Part shown: positions 37,411-46,699 of the stretch, piece by piece | Layout: each line of letters begins with the position of its first letter | Numbering within the stretch: the stretch's first letter is position 1 | Assembly: GCA_963746845.1 (NCBI GenBank) | Contig: CAVVCZ010000007.1 | Span: forward strand, 1-64,000 | Reading direction: 5' to 3' | DNA: 64,000 bases | From: an uncultured Chloroflexia bacterium | Lineage (GTDB): Bacteria > Chloroflexota > Limnocylindria > Limnocylindrales > CSP1-4 | Notes under the pieces: model-generated | Told to the model about the DNA's origin: nothing | Database searches by the model: none | The model's input: the letters and a program-made list of their open reading frames with translations, nothing else | Position numbers and translations under genes: made by a program

Positions 37411-39618
37411 ATGAGCGGCGTCTCGCCCGAGGAACCGCGGGCCGGCGGCGACTTCCGCCCGGAGCTGGAAGGGCTGCGCGCCGTTGCCGTCGCGCTCGTC
37501 CTCGCCTACCACGCGGGTGTCCCGAAGATCCATGGTGGCTACGTCGGCGTCGACGTCTTCTTCGTCCTGTCCGGGTTCCTGATCACCGGTCTGATCGTCC
37601 GCGAGCTGCGCTCGACCGGCGGGGTCGATCTGCCGGGCTTCTACGCCCGACGGGCACGACGTCTGCTGCCGGCGGCCCTGGTTGTCATCGCGGCGACCCT
37701 CCTCGCGTCCGTCGTCCTGTTGCCGCCGCTCCGGATCCCGGATATCGCCGGCGACGCGGCCGCGTCCGCCCTGTACGTCTCGAACATCCGGTTCGCCGCC
37801 CAGGCCACCGATTACCTCGCGAGCGACCTCCCGCCGTCGCCGTTGCTCCACTTCTGGTCCCTCGGGGTCGAGGAGCAGTTCTACTTGTTCTGGCCCGCCC
37901 TGCTGCTCGTGCTGGTCCGGTTCGGGATCCCGATCCGCCGTCTGGCGGTCGCCCTCGCCGCGGTCGCGCTCGGGTCGTTCGTCCTGTCGCTCGTGCTCAC
38001 GACCGCGTCCCAGCCGTGGGCCTTCTTCTCGCTCCCGACCCGGGCCTGGGAGCTCGCCATGGGCGGGCTCCTCGCGGTCTCGACCGAGCGTCTGGCGCGG
38101 CTGCGACCCGCGGCGGCCGGCGGGCTCATCGGCGCGGGTCTGGCCCTGATCGCGATCGCGGGCGTGGTCCTGGAGTCGTCCACCCCGTTCCCGGGCGTCG
38201 CGGCACTCCTCCCGACCGTCGGGGCGGCCCTCGTGATCGGGGGCGGCGTGGCCGGGGCGGCCACGATCCCGGCGCGGTTCCTCGCCACGAGCCCGATGCG
38301 GTTCCTCGGGCGGATCTCGTACTCGCTGTACCTCTGGCACTGGCCGATCCTCGTCCTGCCGGCGGCCGCGATCGACGGCGAGCTGGCCCTGCCCGTGCGG
38401 CTCGGGCTGGCCGGCATCTCGATCGTCGTGGCGATCGGGAGCCAGCGCTGGATCGAGGACCCGGTCCGGCGCGGCCGGCTCGTCGGCCGGCGGGTCGGGC
38501 GGACCCTGGCCCTCGCGGGTTCGGCCAGCCTCGTCATCGCCCTCCTCGCCGTTGGGGTCGGGTCCGCGGCCACGGCCGCCCTGCCGCAGAGCGCGGCGGC
38601 GATGCCGGACGATCCGACGCTCCTGCCGGCGGACCCGTTCGCCATCCCGTCGGGATCGGCGTCGTCGCCCGCGTCGTCCGGACCGGTGGCACCATCCGGT
38701 TCGCCCGGTTCGCCCGGTTCGCCCGGTTCGCCCGGTTCGCCCGGGTCGAGCGGGTCGCCCGCGTCGCCAGCGCCGTTCGTCCGACCCCCGACGCCGGGCG
38801 GCGCGGTCCCGGCGAACCTCACGCCGTCGCTCGCCGCGGTCCGCGCTGACGCCCCGGTCATCTACGGCGACGGCTGCCATCTCGACCAGCCGTCCACGAC
38901 CCCGAAGACGTGCGTGTTCGGAGACGCGAGCTCCACGACGACAGTCGTCCTGTTCGGCGACTCGCACGCCGCCCAGTGGTTTCCGCCGCTCGTCCGGCTC
39001 GCGAACGTCGAGGGCTGGAAGCTTGTCGTGCTGACGAAGTCCGCCTGCACCCCGGCAGACGTCACGGTCTGGAACCCGACGTTCGACCGCGCGTACAGCG
39101 AGTGCGACGCCTGGCGTGACAAGGCCTTCGCCATCATGGCCGCAGACCATCCGGCGCTCGTGGTGATGGCGATGTCGCGGGGCTACACGATCGTCGACGG
39201 CGGGACGAACCGGACGGTCGCGGAGGCGCCGGGGCTCTGGGATGCTGCGATCGAGCGGAGCCTCACGAAGCTCACCGCGGCCGCGGACCATGTCGCGCTG
39301 ATCGGCGACACGCCCCGCCCAGCCGGGGACGCTCCGGTCTGCGTCTCGAAGCACCTCGACGACGTTCTCGCCTGCGCGCGACCCTCATCGTCGTCCCTGT
39401 CGGCCTCCCGGACGGCGGCCGACCGCCGGGTTGCGGCGACCGCCGGTGTCACGTTCGTCGACCCTTCGCCGTGGGTCTGCCCGACCGAGCCGTGCCCCGT
39501 CGTGATCGGCCAGTACCTCGTCTTCCGGGACAGCCACCACCTGACGACCGCATTCGCGACGGCCCTCTCGCGACGGCTCCTCGACGCGCTCCCAGCCGAC
39601 CTGCCGCGGACCCCCTGA
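37411..39618 (+). CDS. Acyltransferase-3 plus SGNH O-acyltransferase (OafA/OatA-like)
   Basis: FRPELEGLRA, GVDVFFVLSGFLIT, HFWSLGVEEQFY, ISYSLYLWHWP, FGDSH, DSHH. Confidence 0.92.
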   Translation: MSGVSPEEPRAGGDFRPELEGLRAVAVALVLAYHAGVPKIHGGYVGVDVFFVLSGFLITGLIVRELRSTGGVDLPGFYARRARRLLPAALVVIAATLLASVVLLPPLRIPDIAGDAAASALYVSNIRFAAQATDYLASDLPPSPLLHFWSLGVEEQFYLFWPALLLVLVRFGIPIRRLAVALAAVALGSFVLSLVLTTASQPWAFFSLPTRAWELAMGGLLAVSTERLARLRPAAAGGLIGAGLALIAIAGVVLESSTPFPGVAALLPTVGAALVIGGGVAGAATIPARFLATSPMRFLGRISYSLYLWHWPILVLPAAAIDGELALPVRLGLAGISIVVAIGSQRWIEDPVRRGRLVGRRVGRTLALAGSASLVIALLAVGVGSAATAALPQSAAAMPDDPTLLPADPFAIPSGSASSPASSGPVAPSGSPGSPGSPGSPGSPGSSGSPASPAPFVRPPTPGGAVPANLTPSLAAVRADAPVIYGDGCHLDQPSTTPKTCVFGDASSTTTVVLFGDSHAAQWFPPLVRLANVEGWKLVVLTKSACTPADVTVWNPTFDRAYSECDAWRDKAFAIMAADHPALVVMAMSRGYTIVDGGTNRTVAEAPGLWDAAIERSLTKLTAAADHVALIGDTPRPAGDAPVCVSKHLDDVLACARPSSSSLSASRTAADRRVAATAGVTFVDPSPWVCPTEPCPVVIGQYLVFRDSHHLTTAFATALSRRLLDALPADLPRTP
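38696..38749 (+). repeat. 9-bp tandem repeat (CCGGTTCGC) x5 plus one degenerate copy, encoding an SPG linker
   Basis: Directly visible in the sequence. Confidence 0.9.
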
Positions 39619-39638
39619 CGACCGCTATCCTCGACGAC

Positions 39639-40130
39639 GTGACGCGTCAGCGATCCGCGGTCCTCGTCCATGAAGGCGGGATGCGGTTCCAGGCCACGAC
39701 CGGGACGGGCCGGACGATCCTGTTCGGGGACGACGTCGCGTTCAACGAGCTGTCGCCGGTCGAGACGCTGGCCGCCGCGCTCGGCGCGTGCTCGGCGATG
39801 GACGTGGTCTCGATCCTGACGAAGAAGCGCCAGCGGGTCACGTCCTACCGGATCGAGGTCAGCGGCGAGCAGCGCGACGAGTACCCACAGGTCTACACCC
39901 GGATGGACGTCACGCACGTCGTCGAGGGTACGGTGCTGCTCGAGACCGCCGTCCGGCGTGCGGTCGAGCTGTCCGCGCTGAAGTACTGCCCGGTGAACGC
40001 GATCCTGTCGGCCGGCGCGACCGAGGTCCACCACCACTACCGGATGCGCTGCACGGGGGCCGAGCCGCATGAGGGCGCGGCCGAGGTCACCGTCACCGGA
40101 CCGGAGCGTCGACCGACCGTCGTCGCCTGA
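39639..40130 (+). CDS. OsmC family protein
   Basis: SPVE...ALGACSAMDVVSIL.KKRQ, AVELS..KYCPV. Confidence 0.85.
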   Translation: MTRQRSAVLVHEGGMRFQATTGTGRTILFGDDVAFNELSPVETLAAALGACSAMDVVSILTKKRQRVTSYRIEVSGEQRDEYPQVYTRMDVTHVVEGTVLLETAVRRAVELSALKYCPVNAILSAGATEVHHHYRMRCTGAEPHEGAAEVTVTGPERRPTVVA

Positions 40131-40157
40131 GGCCCACCGCGCAGGCCACGGTTGCGC

Positions 40158-40193
40158 TTGCATGACTATGCGGTTGCGATGTATAGTCATGCG
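40158..40193 (+). promoter_or_regulatory. Tandem ARG boxes overlapping the arg promoter
   Basis: TGCATGACTATGCG (40159) and TGTATAGTCATGCG (40180) with a 21-bp period; -35 TTGCAT and -10 TATAGT. Confidence 0.85.
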
Positions 40194-40252
40194 GTGATGG
40201 TTGACGTCCGTCGGACCGTGCCTTCGATCGCGTCCCCCGGGAGGGGACCGGC

Positions 40253-41383
40253 GTGCGCGAGCACGTCGCCGCGCCGGTGAGCGCGGGCACCGAGACCGCG
40301 GTCGCGACGGATCGTCGGCCGGCCGATCCCGAGGGCCGGATCCGCGTCGGGATCGTCGGCGCCACCGGCTATGTCGGGGCGGAGCTCATCCGGCTCCTCA
40401 GCAGGCATCCGCGAGTCACGATCGTCGGGCTCCAGGGCCGGGATCGGCACGACGAGCCGATCGGCGCCACCCACGCCCATCTCGCGGGCACGGGCCTGGC
40501 CGTCGACGCGGCGCTGCCGCCGGTCGCCGCGGTGTTCCTGGCCCTCCCCCACGGCACGGCCGCCGACCTCGTGCCCGGCATCGTCGCGGCGGGCACCGCG
40601 GTGATCGACCTCGGCCCCGACTTCCGCCTCCGGTCCGCCGCCGACTACCCGACCTGGTACGGCTTCGAGCATCCGCGACCGGACCTCCTCTCGACGGCGG
40701 TGTACGGGCTGCCGGAGCTCCATCGCGCCGCGCTCGAGGCCCTCCGCCACGCGGAGACCGCGATCGTGGGGAGCCCGGGCTGCTACCCGACGGCGACGCT
40801 GCTCGCCCTCGCGCCGCTCGCGCGCGCCGGGCTCATCGGCGATCTCGTCGTGGACGCGAAGAGCGGCGTCTCGGGCGCGGGCCGCGACGCGAAGCCGGAC
40901 CTGATGTTCGGCGAGGTCAACGAGAGCGTGAAGGCGTACGGGATCGACGGCCACCGCCACGTCGCGGAGATCGAGCAGGAGCTCGGCTCCGTCGGCGCGA
41001 GCGCCGGTGCAGCGAACCCGGGCGCGGCCGGCGTCGACTTCCTCCCGCACCTGATCCCGATGACCCGCGGGATCCTGTCAGCCGCCCACGTCCGCCCGAC
41101 CCGGCCGACCAGCCAGGCGGAGCTGGACGACCTGTTCGCCGCGGCCTACGCGGGCGAGCCGTTCGTGACGGTCGTGGGCGCGGCCCCGGCCACGAAGCAT
41201 GTCCTCGGCAGCAACCACGCCCGGGTCTTCGTCCGCCATGACCCACGGACGGGCCGGGTCCTCGCCATCGGGGTGATCGACAACCTCGTGAAAGGGGCCG
41301 CGGGCCAGGCGATCCAGGCGTTCAACCTCGTCCACGGCCTGCCCGAGACGACCGGTCTCGAGCAGCTGCCCCTCGCGCCGTAG
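40253..41383 (+). CDS. argC: N-acetyl-gamma-glutamyl-phosphate reductase
   Basis: GATGYVG, FLALPHG, PGCYPT, SGVSGAG, IDNLVKGAAGQA. Confidence 0.96.
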   Translation: MREHVAAPVSAGTETAVATDRRPADPEGRIRVGIVGATGYVGAELIRLLSRHPRVTIVGLQGRDRHDEPIGATHAHLAGTGLAVDAALPPVAAVFLALPHGTAADLVPGIVAAGTAVIDLGPDFRLRSAADYPTWYGFEHPRPDLLSTAVYGLPELHRAALEALRHAETAIVGSPGCYPTATLLALAPLARAGLIGDLVVDAKSGVSGAGRDAKPDLMFGEVNESVKAYGIDGHRHVAEIEQELGSVGASAGAANPGAAGVDFLPHLIPMTRGILSAAHVRPTRPTSQAELDDLFAAAYAGEPFVTVVGAAPATKHVLGSNHARVFVRHDPRTGRVLAIGVIDNLVKGAAGQAIQAFNLVHGLPETTGLEQLPLAP

Positions 41384-41397
41384 TGGACGAGACACGC

Positions 41398-42798
41398 ATG
41401 GCCATCCAGTCAGCCCCGGCGAACCTCTCCGCGCTCCCGACCGAGCTCCCGCCGGTCGAACAGAGCGCGACCATCCCGGCCGGCTTCGTCGCCGGAGGTG
41501 GCGTCGCCGGGATCAAGGCCTCCGGCCGTCCGGACCTGGCCATCATCGCGACCCAGCCGGGCCCCGACGGCGACCGGGCTCCGGCGGCCGTGGCCGCCGT
41601 CTTCACCCCGAACGCGTTCGCGGCCGCGCCCGTGCGCCTGTCGCAGGCCCATCTCGCGGCCACGGATCCGTCGGGCGGGGGACGGTTCGGCTGGGCGACC
41701 GGTGTGATCTCGACGAGCGGCAGCGCGAACGCAGCGACCGGACCGGCGGGCGACCTCGACCAGGCGGCGGTCGCCGGGTTCCTCGCCCATGCCCTCGGGA
41801 CGAACGAGCGGCTGACCCTCCATCTCTCGACCGGGATCATCGGGACGCGCCTGCCGATCGACATCGTCGAGACCGGGATCGACGCGGTGGCGGCCGGTTT
41901 GGCCCCTACGGACGCCGGACTCGCGGCGGCCGCCGAGGCGCTCCGCACGACCGACACCCGCGCCAAGGCCGCGACGGTGACGATCACGTTGCCGGATCCT
42001 GACGGTCTCGCGGTCCGCGCGATCCGGGTCACGGGCATCGCGAAGGGCGTCGGGATGATCCACCCGCGGATGGCGACGATGCTGTCGGTGATCCTCACAG
42101 ACGCGGCGGCGGATCCGGCGACGCTCCACGGGCTCCTCCGCCCGGCGGCGGCGCGGACGTGGGACCAGCTGAGCGTCGACGGCGACACGTCGACGAACGA
42201 CACGGTGTTCGTGCTGGCATCGGGCGCGGCGGGAGCCGCCACGGTCCAGGCGGGGACCAACGAGGCCTCCTCGTTGGGACGAGCGATCGAGGCGGTGGCG
42301 CGGGACCTCGCCCGCCAGCAGGCCGCCGACGGCGAGGGGGCCTCGACGCTGATCACGTGCCAGGTGTCCGGCGCGACCGACAACGCCGATGCACGGGCCG
42401 TCGCCCGCGCAGTGATCTCGTCGTCGCTCGTCAAGGCGGCCGTCCACGGCCGTGACCCGAACTGGGGTCGGGTCGCGGGTGCGGTGGGCAACGCCGCCCT
42501 CGCCGACGAGGCCGTGCTCCTCGCCGCGGGGCTGGCGCCGGCGGCCGCGCGGGCGCGAGCGGGGACCGCGGCGACGATCGATCCCGCGCGGCTCCGAATC
42601 GCGATCGCGGGCCATCTCGTCTTCGATGGGCCGTCCGGCGGGCCGATCGTCTTCGACCGGGAGGCGGCACGGGCGGCGATGGCCGCCCCGGAGCTGCTGA
42701 TCCGGCTGGACCTGGGGCTCGGCACAGGGACCGGCGAGGCGTTCGGGTGCGATCTCACGGAGGAGTACGTCGTCGAGAACTCGGAGTACACGACGTGA
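41398..42798 (+). CDS. argJ: Bifunctional glutamate N-acetyltransferase
   Basis: TTDT autoprocessing site, AKGVGMIHP.MATML, DGDTSTND, DGEGA, ending EYTT. Confidence 0.95.
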   Translation: MAIQSAPANLSALPTELPPVEQSATIPAGFVAGGGVAGIKASGRPDLAIIATQPGPDGDRAPAAVAAVFTPNAFAAAPVRLSQAHLAATDPSGGGRFGWATGVISTSGSANAATGPAGDLDQAAVAGFLAHALGTNERLTLHLSTGIIGTRLPIDIVETGIDAVAAGLAPTDAGLAAAAEALRTTDTRAKAATVTITLPDPDGLAVRAIRVTGIAKGVGMIHPRMATMLSVILTDAAADPATLHGLLRPAAARTWDQLSVDGDTSTNDTVFVLASGAAGAATVQAGTNEASSLGRAIEAVARDLARQQAADGEGASTLITCQVSGATDNADARAVARAVISSSLVKAAVHGRDPNWGRVAGAVGNAALADEAVLLAAGLAPAAARARAGTAATIDPARLRIAIAGHLVFDGPSGGPIVFDREAARAAMAAPELLIRLDLGLGTGTGEAFGCDLTEEYVVENSEYTT

Positions 42799-42880
42799 GC
42801 GAAAAACCTCGGACCGATGGCGTCGCGGAGCTTCGCCTCGGACCTCGGTGGGTTCGGGCCGAGCAGACGGGGAGCCGGAG

Positions 42881-43666
42881 TTGAGCGAGATCCTGATCGT
42901 CAAATTGGGTGGCACGACGATCGCCGAGCAGGCCCAGGTCCTCGACGAGGTGGCCGCGGTTGCGCGTCGTCGGCCCGTGGTCCTCGTCCACGGCGGCGGC
43001 AAGAGGATCACCGAATGGCTGGACCGGATGGGCGTCCCGTCGACGTTCGAGAACGGCCTCCGGGTCACGGACCAGGCCGCCCTCGAAGTGGCGGCGGCGG
43101 TCCTCCGCGGCGTCGTCAACAGCGAGCTCGTCGCCGGTCTGCGCGACCGCGGCGTCGACGCCGTCGGGCTGTCGGGCGTCGACGGCGGCCTGCTCGTCAG
43201 CGAGCGCGTGCCCGGGGTCGGGCTCGTCGCCCATGTCGTGGGCCTGCGCCGCGACCTGCTGGACGCCATCCTCGTCGGCGGCCAGGTTCCGGTCGTCGCG
43301 CCGCTTGCCCGGGACGAGGCGGGCGTCGTCTGCAATGTCAACGCGGACGACGCCGCCGCCGGGATCGCGGCGGGCCTCGGTGCACGCCAGCTCGTCCTCC
43401 TGACCGACGTCGACGGTGTGCGCGACGCGGCCGGCAACCGGCTCGACACGCTCACGAGCGGCGAGGCCGAGACGCTGATCGACAGCGGGGTGATCGCGGG
43501 CGGGATGGTCCCGAAGGTCCGGGCCGCCCTCGCCGCGCTGGCCTGGGAAGGCTCCGAGGCGATCATCGCCGACTCGAGCGCGGACGGCGCCCTGGAGCGG
43601 GCCCTCGTCGACCCCACGTTCGGGACCCGGATCACCGCGGCCCGCTCGGCCGTCGGGGCGGCCTGA
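42881..43666 (+). CDS. argB: Acetylglutamate kinase
   Basis: VKLGG, VHGGG, GLRVTD, NVNADDAA, GGMVPKV; GGAG RBS before TTG. Confidence 0.95.
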   Translation: MSEILIVKLGGTTIAEQAQVLDEVAAVARRRPVVLVHGGGKRITEWLDRMGVPSTFENGLRVTDQAALEVAAAVLRGVVNSELVAGLRDRGVDAVGLSGVDGGLLVSERVPGVGLVAHVVGLRRDLLDAILVGGQVPVVAPLARDEAGVVCNVNADDAAAGIAAGLGARQLVLLTDVDGVRDAAGNRLDTLTSGEAETLIDSGVIAGGMVPKVRAALAALAWEGSEAIIADSSADGALERALVDPTFGTRITAARSAVGAA

Positions 43667-43667
43667 C

Positions 43668-44279
43668 ATGCAGGGCCGGCACGCCTCGATGGCCGCGGCC
43701 GCGGCGAACGGCTCCGCCGGCGTCACGATGCCGTCGGCCCCGGGCGCGCGGACGGACGCCAGCGTCGGATCCAAGCGCGACCGCCAGCGCCTGATCCGCG
43801 ACCTCGTCGCCGACGGGTCGATCGGCAGCCAGGGGGAGCTGGTCGACCGCTTGAACGCGCGCGGGTTCGCCGTGACGCAGGCGACGGTCAGCCGGGACAT
43901 CGCCGAGCTCGGTCTCGTCAAGGTCCCGAGCGCCGCGGGCCACGTCTACGTCGCCCCGGAGAGCCTGGCCGGGGCCGGCGCGAGCGGGAGCAGCTCCGGC
44001 GCGGCGGCCCGACCAACCGACGAGCGTCTCCGCCGAATCCTTGCCGACATCCCCGTCACGATCGGGCGAAGCGGCCTCATCCTGCTCGTCACCGGCTCCC
44101 CTGGGACCGCCAGCGTCATCGCCCAGGCGATCGACGAGTCGTCCCTGACCGAGCAGGAGGGGACGCTCGCGGGGGACAACACGCTCCTCGTCCTGTTCGC
44201 CGACGAGCCGCGCCTCCTTGCCTGGCGCGATCGCTTCGATGCCATCCGTTCCGCCGCCGTGGAGGCCCGCATCCCATGA
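43668..44279 (+). CDS. argR: Arginine repressor
   Basis: SQGELV..L...G..VTQATVSRDI.ELGL.K; GTLAGDNT. Confidence 0.93.
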   Translation: MQGRHASMAAAAANGSAGVTMPSAPGARTDASVGSKRDRQRLIRDLVADGSIGSQGELVDRLNARGFAVTQATVSRDIAELGLVKVPSAAGHVYVAPESLAGAGASGSSSGAAARPTDERLRRILADIPVTIGRSGLILLVTGSPGTASVIAQAIDESSLTEQEGTLAGDNTLLVLFADEPRLLAWRDRFDAIRSAAVEARIP

Positions 44280-45565
44280 AGAAGGTCGTCCTCGCCTACT
44301 CGGGCGGGCTCGATACGTCCGTCGCCGTCGCGTGGCTGCGTTCGAAGTACCGGTGCGACGTCGTGACCCTCACCGTCGACGTCGGCGGTGGGTCGCTCCG
44401 CGAGGGCGTCGAGCGTCGCGCGATCAGCGCGGGCGCGACGCGGGCGTATGTCGTGGATGCCCGCGACCGGTTCGTCCGTGACTTCGTCTGGCCGCACCTC
44501 CAGGCGAACGCCCTGTACCAGGGCGCCTACCCGCTCGCGACGGCCCTCGCCCGGCCGCTGATCGCCCAGCTCCTGGTCGAGGTCGCCCGCAAGGAGGGCG
44601 CCGACGCGGTCGCCCACGGTTGCACCGGTAAGGGCAACGACCAGGTCCGGTTCGACGTCGCCGTCCATGCCCTGGACCCGGGGCTCGAGGTCGTCGCGCC
44701 GATGCGCGTCGGGATGGGCCTCACCCGTGACCAGGAGATCGACTACGCCGAGGAGCGCGGGATCGAGATCCCGATCACGAAGGCGTCGCCGTACTCGATC
44801 GACGTGAACCTGTGGGGCCGCTCGTGCGAGACGGGCATCCTCGAGGACCCGTGGGTCACCCCGCCGCCGGACGCCTACGAGTGGACCGTCGCCGCCTCGG
44901 ACGCGCCGGACCCGGTCGAGGTCGTCATCGAGTTCGAGGGCGGGATCCCGGTCGCCATCGACGGCCAGCGGCTGGCGCCGCTCGAGCTGGTCGAGCGGTT
45001 GCACGAGCTGGGCGGTGCGCACGGCATCGGCCGGATCGACCATGTCGAGGACCGCCTGGTCGGGATCAAGAGCCGCGAGGTCTACGAGACACCCGCGGCG
45101 ACGATCCTCCACGAGGCCCACCGGGCACTCGAGGGCCTGACCCTCACGAAGGACACGCTCCGGTTCAACCGGCTCGTCGCGAACGAGCTGGCGCAGCTGA
45201 CCTACGACGGGCTGTGGTTCTCCGCCCTCCACCGCGACCTGCGCGGCTACGTGGCGTCGTCCCAGCGCGTCGTCAGCGGCGAGGTCCGGGTCCGCCTGGA
45301 CCACGGGTCCGCGGTCGTGTCCGGCCGGCGCTCGCCGCTCTCGCTGTACGACAAGAACCTCGCGACCTACGACAAGGGCGACGCGTTCGACCACGCGGCC
45401 GCCGTCGGGTTCATCGGGATCTTCGGGTTGCCACTCCGCGTGGAGGCGGCACGGCACGGTGCCGTCGGCGCGCGCTACGGCGCGGCCTGGACATGGACGG
45501 ACCCGCTCCTCGAGGGGCTGCCGACCACCGTGACGGATCCTTCGGAGGCGGTCCCGGCGGGCTGA
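44276..45565 (+). CDS. argG: Argininosuccinate synthase
   Basis: AYSGGLDTS, AHGCTGKGNDQVRF, GIKSREVYE. Confidence 0.97.
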   Translation: MKKVVLAYSGGLDTSVAVAWLRSKYRCDVVTLTVDVGGGSLREGVERRAISAGATRAYVVDARDRFVRDFVWPHLQANALYQGAYPLATALARPLIAQLLVEVARKEGADAVAHGCTGKGNDQVRFDVAVHALDPGLEVVAPMRVGMGLTRDQEIDYAEERGIEIPITKASPYSIDVNLWGRSCETGILEDPWVTPPPDAYEWTVAASDAPDPVEVVIEFEGGIPVAIDGQRLAPLELVERLHELGGAHGIGRIDHVEDRLVGIKSREVYETPAATILHEAHRALEGLTLTKDTLRFNRLVANELAQLTYDGLWFSALHRDLRGYVASSQRVVSGEVRVRLDHGSAVVSGRRSPLSLYDKNLATYDKGDAFDHAAAVGFIGIFGLPLRVEAARHGAVGARYGAAWTWTDPLLEGLPTTVTDPSEAVPAG

Positions 45566-45633
45566 TCCGGGGTCCCGCGGCGGCGTCACGGGATCGACAC
45601 GACGCCTCGGCCGGTTGAGGCGTACCGTCCGCC

Positions 45634-46455
45634 GTGATGAGCGATGACGTCCCGCCCGTCGATCCGGATGCCACCTCGGAGATGTGGCGGCAGGTCCTGA
45701 CCGGCGAGGACCCGCACCTGCCGCAGCTCCGCCGGCTGTGGCGGCGGATCCCGTCGTCGCCACGCTGCAAGCTCTGTGCGGCGCCGTTCGCCGGGCTCGG
45801 TGGCATGGCGACGAAGCTCGTCATGCACGGGCCGTCGAACGTCAACCCGCTGCTGTGCAACCTGTGCTTCGGCCAGATCCGCAAGATGCCCGGTGGCGCG
45901 GAGATCGAGATCGGCGTGCTGTTCGCCGACATCCGGGGCTCGACGGGGATCGCCGAACGGAACACGGCTTCCGAGTTCAGTCGGCTGGTCCAGCGCTTCT
46001 ATCGGCGCGCCGCCAAGGCGATCGACGAGCACAACGGGATCATCGACAAGTTCCTCGGCGACGGGATCATGGTCCTGTTCATCCCCGTCGTCGCCGGCGA
46101 CGAGCGAGCGCGGCAGGCGATCGCGGCCGGCGAGGCGCTGCTCGAGGCCGTCGCCGAGCCGGATCTCGTGGCGGGCGGCGTGCGGGTCGGCGCCGGGGTC
46201 CACCTGGGTCCGGCCTATGTCGGGGCGCTGGGCTCGGACGAGCGACTCGACTTCACCGCGCTCGGCGACACGGTCAACGTGGCGGCGCGTCTGGGTGCGG
46301 CGGCGGGCGCCGGCGAGCTGCTCGTGAGCGACGCGGCGTGGCGGGCGGCCGGGCGGGCGGACTCGGCGGAACGGCGCGAGCTGACGCTGACGGGCCGGAC
46401 GGAGCCGCTCGAGGTGGTCGTCCTGGGCTCGACGTCGCAGGTTGCCGTTGCCTGA
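45634..46455 (+). CDS. Class III adenylate cyclase with an N-terminal CxxC...CxxC module
   Basis: FADIRGST, DKFLGDG, DFTALGDTVNVAARL; CKLC and CNLC. Confidence 0.88.
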   Translation: MMSDDVPPVDPDATSEMWRQVLTGEDPHLPQLRRLWRRIPSSPRCKLCAAPFAGLGGMATKLVMHGPSNVNPLLCNLCFGQIRKMPGGAEIEIGVLFADIRGSTGIAERNTASEFSRLVQRFYRRAAKAIDEHNGIIDKFLGDGIMVLFIPVVAGDERARQAIAAGEALLEAVAEPDLVAGGVRVGAGVHLGPAYVGALGSDERLDFTALGDTVNVAARLGAAAGAGELLVSDAAWRAAGRADSAERRELTLTGRTEPLEVVVLGSTSQVAVA

Positions 46456-46467
46456 AAGCGCGCAACT

Positions 46468-46647
46468 CCCGCCGGATGTGCGTCCGATGCACATGTGCCG
46501 GCGCCGCCTCCATCCGAACCGTGTCGGACGTGCATGGGGTGCTCGTCTGGCATACGTCGCAGTGGCAGATGATCGGGACGTGCACATCTGACAGGAGACG
46601 CTCGCCGGCGCCGGACACCGGGTGCGCCGGGTGCACATCCGGCAGGA
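46468..46647. repeat. REP-like inverted repeat cluster between convergent genes
   Basis: CC(C/T)G(C/T)C(G/A)GATGTGC units at 46468 (+), ~46580 (-) and ~46631 (-). Confidence 0.6.
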
Positions 46648-46699
46648 ACGGGCTGGCGCGGGCGCGGCGGCGCGGCGCCCGCGGGACGCGGCAGGACCG

